From the NCBI GenBank assembly GCA_964509395.1, contig CAZDYT010000001.1, positions 1 through 38,458 of the forward strand: 38,458 nucleotides of DNA, in the 5' to 3' direction. The DNA is from an uncultured bacterium. GTDB taxonomy: Bacteria > Methylomirabilota > Methylomirabilia > Rokubacteriales > DASRDR01. Below, in pieces: positions 33,821-38,458 of the stretch; positions within the stretch are counted from its first letter, which is position 1; each line of letters starts with the position of its first letter. A program made the translations under genes and the position numbers. The notes below the pieces were generated by a model. It did no database searches. It had not been told where the DNA came from and saw nothing but the letters and a program-made list of their open reading frames with translations.

Positions 33821-35934
33821 TCGTTCTCCAGGGAGTCGTCTTCCTTCTAGCGGCCACCAGCGCCCTCGCCCTCGCAGCCGCGGTTCTCGCGCAGCGGGGT
33901 CCGAGGTCCGTTCACTGGAGTTTTGCGGCCGGAATGGTCGGGTTCGCCGTCGAGCAAATCGCTGGGTTCATGCTGGCAACGGTCACGGAGACGCCCGCTG
34001 ATCACTTGCTGTGGCTCAGAATCAGCGCGGTCGCGGGGCTCTTGCTGACGGTGCCCTGGACCGTATTTGTAGCCGCTCTGTGCCATCCGGGTGCGGAACG
34101 GATCGGTTTCGGTTGGCGCCTGGCGCTCGGCGCTCTGTGCGCCCTCGGCCTGGCCGGCGGAGTGGCTGTCCTCCTGTGGCCGAGCTTTGAGCTATTCGAT
34201 GCTCCGGGGAGGTTCCTGGCAGCGCGCCTGAGTGTGATCGGACATGCGGCCAGCGTCGTGCGGCTTTTAGCCACGGTCGGGATACTCGCCGCTCTGGAGG
34301 GGTGCCTCAGGCGGTCGAGGGGGACGACCCGGTGGCGTCTGAAATACCTCCTGCTCGGGCTGGGCGGGATCTTCCTCGTCCGGTTCTACCTGTTAAGCCA
34401 CGAGCTGCTTTTCAAGGTCGTGATGGTCGACTACTTGACCACGGGTGCGGTGACGCTTTTTGTAGGCAACTTGCTCGTGGGCGCTTCGCTCGCCCGGGGT
34501 CGACTCGCGATAGCCGATCTGACTGTGTCGCGTCAGCTGGTGTATCGGTCCATGGTCGTCGGTGTCCTCGGGTGCTATCTCCTCGTCATAGGCGCGCTCG
34601 GCTGGCTCCTCAACACGCTGGGCATCCGGCAGGAGCTCTTCTGGGGCTCGCTCGTCGTCTTCGTCTCGGCCCTGGGCCTGGCGGCGATCCTGCTTTCTGG
34701 CGAGGTCCGCCGGCGAGTGAAGCGCTTCGTCGGGCTCCACTTCTACCGGAGCAAGTACGACTATCAGGAACAGTGGTCGCGCTTCACGAAACGTCTTGGG
34801 TCGCGGCTCACCTTGGAGGCGCTTGCGCCAGAGCTGGTGAACGCAGCCTGTGAGGCGGTCGGGGCGACGTCCAGCGCCCTCTATCTGGCCGACGAGCGAG
34901 ACGGGCGGTACCACCTCGTAGCGGCGGCAGGGACCCGTGGGCTGCCGGCGAGGCTCGCGGCTGAGTCCCCCCTCCTTGCGCGAGTCAGGGCAGAGCAGAC
35001 ACCGGTGCGGTTGGGGAACGGTGGCGGGACGCTTGAGCGTCTCGGCGGACGCGCGCTGGCGGAAACTCTTCCTGACGCGGTGGTCGCGGTGCCGCTTCCC
35101 TGGCAGGGGCGGTTGACCGGCGTCATGCTGCTCGGGCCGGAGCGAACAGGCGCGACTTACGTTCCCGAGGACTTCGAGTTCCTCGCGACCGTGGGGGAGC
35201 AGGCTGCCGGGGCTCTCGTAACGGCGCAGCTCTCCGAGCGCCTGGTCCAATCTCGGGAGTTCGAAGCGTTCAACCGTCTAACGACGTTCGTGGTACACGA
35301 TCTGAAGAATTCGATCTCGGCGCTGTCCATGCTGAGTCAGAACGCCCTCGCTCACTTCGACGACCCCGAGTTCCAGCGTGACGCGGTTCGCACCCTGTCT
35401 CGGACGGTCGACCGGATGAAGGCCCTGCTGAGCCGCCTGAGCGCGACCCCGGTCCCCGACTCGGCACAGCGGCAGCTAGAGGTGGTCGACCTCGTGGCGC
35501 TTGTCCATGCGGCGACCGACCCGTTGGCGAAGAACCCGAAGGTGAGTCTCGTCACCGACCTCGCCCCGGTGGACGCGGTCCGTGGCGACCGTGATGCGCT
35601 CCTGCGGGTGATCCAGAACCTGGTCACCAACGCAGGGGAGGCGCTCAACGGGGAGGGCATCGTGACGGTGCGCACTTACGAGGACCAAGGGTGGACGGTC
35701 GTCTCGGTCGCAGACACGGGCTCCGGCATCCCGGAGGAGTTTCTCCGAAACTCGCTCTTCGTGCCGTTCCGCTCGACCAAGAAGGGCGGCTGGGGAATCG
35801 GCCTCTACCAGTCAAAGCTGATCGTCGAGGCGCACGGCGGGACGATGGAGGTGGCGAGCAAGCTCGGTGAGGGAACGACCTTTTGGGTTCGGCTCCCTGT
35901 CAAGCACTCGCGAAAGGGGGTGGCGAGCGCGTGA
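33817..35934 (+). CDS. prsK: PEP-CTERM system sensor histidine kinase
   Basis: ATGA overlap with the upstream stop. A ~300 aa polytopic N-terminus is followed by the HFYRSKYDYQEQWSRFTKRL motif typical of PrsK. Then come a GAF-like region, H-box FVVHDLKNSISAL, N-box VIQNLVTNAGEAL, G1 VADTGSGIP and G2 GGWGIGLYQSK. Confidence 0.9.
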   Translation: MIVLQGVVFLLAATSALALAAAVLAQRGPRSVHWSFAAGMVGFAVEQIAGFMLATVTETPADHLLWLRISAVAGLLLTVPWTVFVAALCHPGAERIGFGWRLALGALCALGLAGGVAVLLWPSFELFDAPGRFLAARLSVIGHAASVVRLLATVGILAALEGCLRRSRGTTRWRLKYLLLGLGGIFLVRFYLLSHELLFKVVMVDYLTTGAVTLFVGNLLVGASLARGRLAIADLTVSRQLVYRSMVVGVLGCYLLVIGALGWLLNTLGIRQELFWGSLVVFVSALGLAAILLSGEVRRRVKRFVGLHFYRSKYDYQEQWSRFTKRLGSRLTLEALAPELVNAACEAVGATSSALYLADERDGRYHLVAAAGTRGLPARLAAESPLLARVRAEQTPVRLGNGGGTLERLGGRALAETLPDAVVAVPLPWQGRLTGVMLLGPERTGATYVPEDFEFLATVGEQAAGALVTAQLSERLVQSREFEAFNRLTTFVVHDLKNSISALSMLSQNALAHFDDPEFQRDAVRTLSRTVDRMKALLSRLSATPVPDSAQRQLEVVDLVALVHAATDPLAKNPKVSLVTDLAPVDAVRGDRDALLRVIQNLVTNAGEALNGEGIVTVRTYEDQGWTVVSVADTGSGIPEEFLRNSLFVPFRSTKKGGWGIGLYQSKLIVEAHGGTMEVASKLGEGTTFWVRLPVKHSRKGVASA

Positions 35935-36791
35935 AGCTCATGACTGTGTGCGCTCCGTCGACTCGGTTGATCTGGTTGTCGCTCGGGCTTCCCGGCCTGG
36001 CGGCCGTCGGCCTCTACGGTCCCCTCTTCCCCGCGATCGTCCGCGAGTGGGCCGAATTCCCGAACCTCTCGCACGGCTTCGCGATCCCGCTCATCGCCGC
36101 CTACTTGCTCTGGGCACGCCGGGACCGCCTTCAGACCATCCTGCTGGAGCCGTCGCTCTGGGGGCTGCCCGTGGTGGTTGCGGGGCTTGGGGCGCTTGTC
36201 GTCGGGGTCCAGGGTGGCGAGCTTTTTCTGGCGCGGGTCTCGTTTCCCGTAACGCTGCTCGGGTTGACGCTGTTTCTGGCGGGCCCGAAGGTCATCCGGG
36301 AGACCTGGATCGGAATTGGATACCTCGCCTTCATGATCCCGCTCCCCTGGGTAACCGTGAAGCTGATTACCTACCGGTCGCGGATTTTGGACGCGGCGGC
36401 CTCCGCGGAGGCTCTAGGATGGCTGGGCGTGCCGGTCTACCGCGAGGGCGTGTTCCTCCACCTCCCGAACATAACGCTGGAGGTGGCCGACGTTTGCAGC
36501 AGTATCCCGGCCATCGCGGCACTCCTCGCTCTCGGCGTCGCCTACGCGTCGCTCGGGCGACGGCCGGTCGCGGCTCGCGTGGCGCTGATCGCTGCGGCCC
36601 TGCCGTTCGCGATCGCATCGAACATCATTCGCCTCACCACGACCGGCGCGGGCGTCTACTACATCGGGCCGTGGACCCTGAAGACCGCGTATCACATGTT
36701 CAACGGCACCGTGAACTTCCTGCTGACGTTCCTGTTGCTCCTGATCCTGGACGGCGCCCTGATGGGGCTCGCACGACGGTGGTCCCGATGA
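35931..36791 (+). CDS. xrtA: Exosortase (EpsH/Xrt family); XrtA-like by gene context
   Basis: GTG 35931 gives a GTGA overlap; ATG 35940 is an alternative. Motifs are FPNLSHGFAIPLIAAYLLW, a Cys motif LEVADVCSSIPAI, an Arg motif SNIIRLT and a His motif AYHMFNGTV. About 8 hydrophobic segments. Confidence 0.88.
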   Translation: MKLMTVCAPSTRLIWLSLGLPGLAAVGLYGPLFPAIVREWAEFPNLSHGFAIPLIAAYLLWARRDRLQTILLEPSLWGLPVVVAGLGALVVGVQGGELFLARVSFPVTLLGLTLFLAGPKVIRETWIGIGYLAFMIPLPWVTVKLITYRSRILDAAASAEALGWLGVPVYREGVFLHLPNITLEVADVCSSIPAIAALLALGVAYASLGRRPVAARVALIAAALPFAIASNIIRLTTTGAGVYYIGPWTLKTAYHMFNGTVNFLLTFLLLLILDGALMGLARRWSR

Positions 36792-37432
36792 CACGTCTCT
36801 CGTGGTTCAGTGCGGCAGCCTTGGCCCTTCTGGGGCTGGCCGGGGGGCTCTTTGCTGTGCCACGGGAAATCCGGCAGGTTCCGCTGGTCGCACCGCTGGA
36901 GACCATCCCAGGCGTCCTCCGGGACTGGCAGGCGGTGGACCAGGGGGAACCGGAGATGCTTCCCCAGGATCGGGCGGCGCCCGCCCAGCTCGTCCGCGCC
37001 TATCGCAACGGGACGCAGATGGTTTGGGTGACGGTGGGCTACTACCCGAGCCAAGTTCGGCAGCGGCCGGCGTCGCAGGAGCTGCTCTATCCGGGCCAGG
37101 GGTGGAGCGAGCTGACCGCGCGCTCGGTTACCGTCCCGCTTGACGGGATCTCCGGACGCGTGATCCCGGCCAATCTCGTCGTCATGCGAGGGCGGGGCCG
37201 CGAGTTTGCCGTCCTCTACTGGTACCAGGTCGGCGCGCGTACCGTGGCGAGTGACCACTGGAATCGCGCGCTCCTTCTGTACAACCGCCTCGTGAACCGG
37301 CGAGACGATGGGGCCCTGGTGCGGATCGCCTCGCCGGTTCCCGAGGGGACGGGGCCGGAGTCGGTCTTCGCTGAGCAGGTCGAGTTCGTTCAAGCGTTTT
37401 ACCCGGAGCTGCTGCGAAGGCTGCCGCACTAG
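36788..37432 (+). CDS. epsI: EpsI-family exosortase-associated protein
   Basis: ATGA overlap at 36788. N-terminal TM segment SWFSAAALALLGLAGGLF is followed by PLETIPGVLRDWQAVD, VWVTVGYYPSQ, YPGQGW and AVLYWYQVGARTV. The upstream 307 codons of track ORF 35867..37432 are Arg/Pro-rich alternative frame of the exosortase gene. Confidence 0.85.
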   Translation: MTRLSWFSAAALALLGLAGGLFAVPREIRQVPLVAPLETIPGVLRDWQAVDQGEPEMLPQDRAAPAQLVRAYRNGTQMVWVTVGYYPSQVRQRPASQELLYPGQGWSELTARSVTVPLDGISGRVIPANLVVMRGRGREFAVLYWYQVGARTVASDHWNRALLLYNRLVNRRDDGALVRIASPVPEGTGPESVFAEQVEFVQAFYPELLRRLPH

Positions 37433-37453
37433 GGCGAGAGCGTGCACGGGGAG

Positions 37454-38458
37454 ATGGCAATGAGGAAGCCCAAGCTCTTGATCGTGGAGGACGACGAAGC
37501 GATCCGCACCCAGCTCACGTACGCGTTGCGTGAGGATTATGCCCTCGCGTTCGCCGAGGATAGGGCTCAGGCGATCGCGGCGATCCAGGAGAGCCAGCCG
37601 GAGCTCGTGACTCTGGACCTTGGGCTGCCGCCCCGCTCCGACACGGCGGAGGAAGGTCTCAACGCGCTCGACGAGATTCTCCGACTCACCCCCACGGCGA
37701 AGGTCGTGGTCGTCACCGGAAACCAGGATCGCGAGAATGCCCTCCGAGCGGTTCAGCTGGGAGCGTTCGACTACTACCTGAAGCCGATCGACCTGTCGGA
37801 GTTCAAGGTGCTGCTTCGGCGGGCCGTCCGGCTCCAGGGACTCGAGGAGGAGACGGAGAGTTGGATCCACGATCAGGAAGAGGCGATCCGGTTCGAGGAG
37901 ATCCTCGGCAGCACGCCCGCGATGCGCGAGATCTTCAGGATCGTTCAGCGGGTGGCCAAGTCCGACGCGACGATCCTCGTCCAGGGGGAAAGCGGAACGG
38001 GGAAGGAGCTCGTCGCTCGAGCGATCCACCGGCGGAGCCGGCGCCACGGCGCCTCGTTCGTGGCGATCAACTGTGGGGCTATTCCGGAAACTCTCCTCGA
38101 GGCAGAGCTCTTCGGCCACGAGAGGGGCGCGTTCACCGGGGCCCACATCCAGCGCAAAGGCAGGTTCGAGCTGGCGGAGCGCGGCACGCTGTTCCTGGAT
38201 GAGATCGGCGAGCTGAGCCTGATGCTCCAAGTCAAGCTCCTTCGCTTCCTCCAGGAGCGCACCATCGAGCGAGTTGGGGGACGCGAGGCCATCCCCCTGG
38301 ATCTTCGCGTGATCGCTGCGACGAACCGGGACCTGAAGGTTCAGCTCCAGCAGGGACACTTCCGCGAGGACCTCTACTATCGCCTCTCGGTCATTATGGT
38401 CGAGTTGCCCCCCCTCCGAGAGCGAGGCGAGGACGTGATTCTCTTGGCCAATACGTTC
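37454..38458 (+). CDS. prsR: PEP-CTERM-box sigma-54-dependent response regulator (3' end outside window); not in the supplied ORF track
   Basis: My own translation begins [21 protein letters not shown]...[10 protein letters not shown] (receiver Asp)...[30 protein letters not shown]. The AAA+ domain shows Walker [15 protein letters not shown] and Walker [10 protein letters not shown]. The frame stays open to base 38458. GGGGAG lies upstream of ATG 37454. Confidence 0.93.
   Translation, partial: MAMRKPKLLIVEDDEAIRTQLTYALREDYALAFAEDRAQAIAAIQESQPELVTLDLGLPPRSDTAEEGLNALDEILRLTPTAKVVVVTGNQDRENALRAVQLGAFDYYLKPIDLSEFKVLLRRAVRLQGLEEETESWIHDQEEAIRFEEILGSTPAMREIFRIVQRVAKSDATILVQGESGTGKELVARAIHRRSRRHGASFVAINCGAIPETLLEAELFGHERGAFTGAHIQRKGRFELAERGTLFLDEIGELSLMLQVKLLRFLQERTIERVGGREAIPLDLRVIAATNRDLKVQLQQGHFREDLYYRLSVIMVELPPLRERGEDVILLANTF

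Noticed and set aside
35867-37432. A 521-aa + strand ORF that appears to fuse an N-terminal domain to EpsI.
   Set aside because: Its first ~307 codons are an alternative frame of the exosortase gene (Arg/Pro/Gly-rich, no TM pattern). The EpsI-like sequence begins at ATG 36788, which forms an ATGA overlap with the exosortase stop.
1-38458. Sigma-54 (-24 TGGCAC N5 TTGCW -12) promoters that PrsR might activate.
   Set aside because: The TGGCAC hexamers I spotted by eye (for example near 2602, 17232, 26275 and 33714) are inside CDSs and are not followed by TTGC at the canonical spacing. Nothing convincing lies in the 12654-12835 or 9576-9633 gaps. A matrix scan is needed, and the main promoter probably lies upstream of the window.
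1-38458. CRISPR arrays, tRNA/rRNA genes, insertion sequences, integrases and toxin-antitoxin or defence-system genes.
   Set aside because: Coding density on the + strand leaves no room for them. I saw no direct-repeat/spacer periodicity, no transposase or integrase motifs and no terminal inverted repeats.

Overview
GC-rich bacterial window holding essentially one co-directional (+ strand) operon of about 33 tightly packed genes. By gene content it is an exosortase / PEP-CTERM-type extracellular polysaccharide locus. The 3' end carries the diagnostic quartet: PrsK-like histidine kinase, exosortase, EpsI and a PrsR-like sigma-54 response regulator (truncated by the window edge and absent from the ORF track). 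Upstream lie six glycosyltransferases (1 GT2, 5 GT4), a Wzm/Wzt ABC exporter whose Wzt has a C-terminal extension, and an O-antigen-ligase-like membrane protein. The density of glycan-tailoring genes is unusual: three AsnB-family amidotransferases (one with a degenerate glutaminase domain), two FemAB-like transferases, a CapK/PaaK-like adenylating enzyme and a formyltransferase-fold protein. There are also a NodU/CmcH carbamoyltransferase flanked by two tiny membrane proteins, a NodB deacetylase, two tandem SGNH hydrolases and three SAM methyltransferases. Three translationally coupled secreted proteins of unknown function (small helical protein, W-rich beta-propeller, double Kelch propeller) sit mid-operon. 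I found no rRNA, tRNA, CRISPR array, transposase or integrase. All long minus-strand ORFs look like high-GC antisense artefacts. Family names come from motif recognition by eye, not from database searches. The source organism cannot be identified from the sequence alone.
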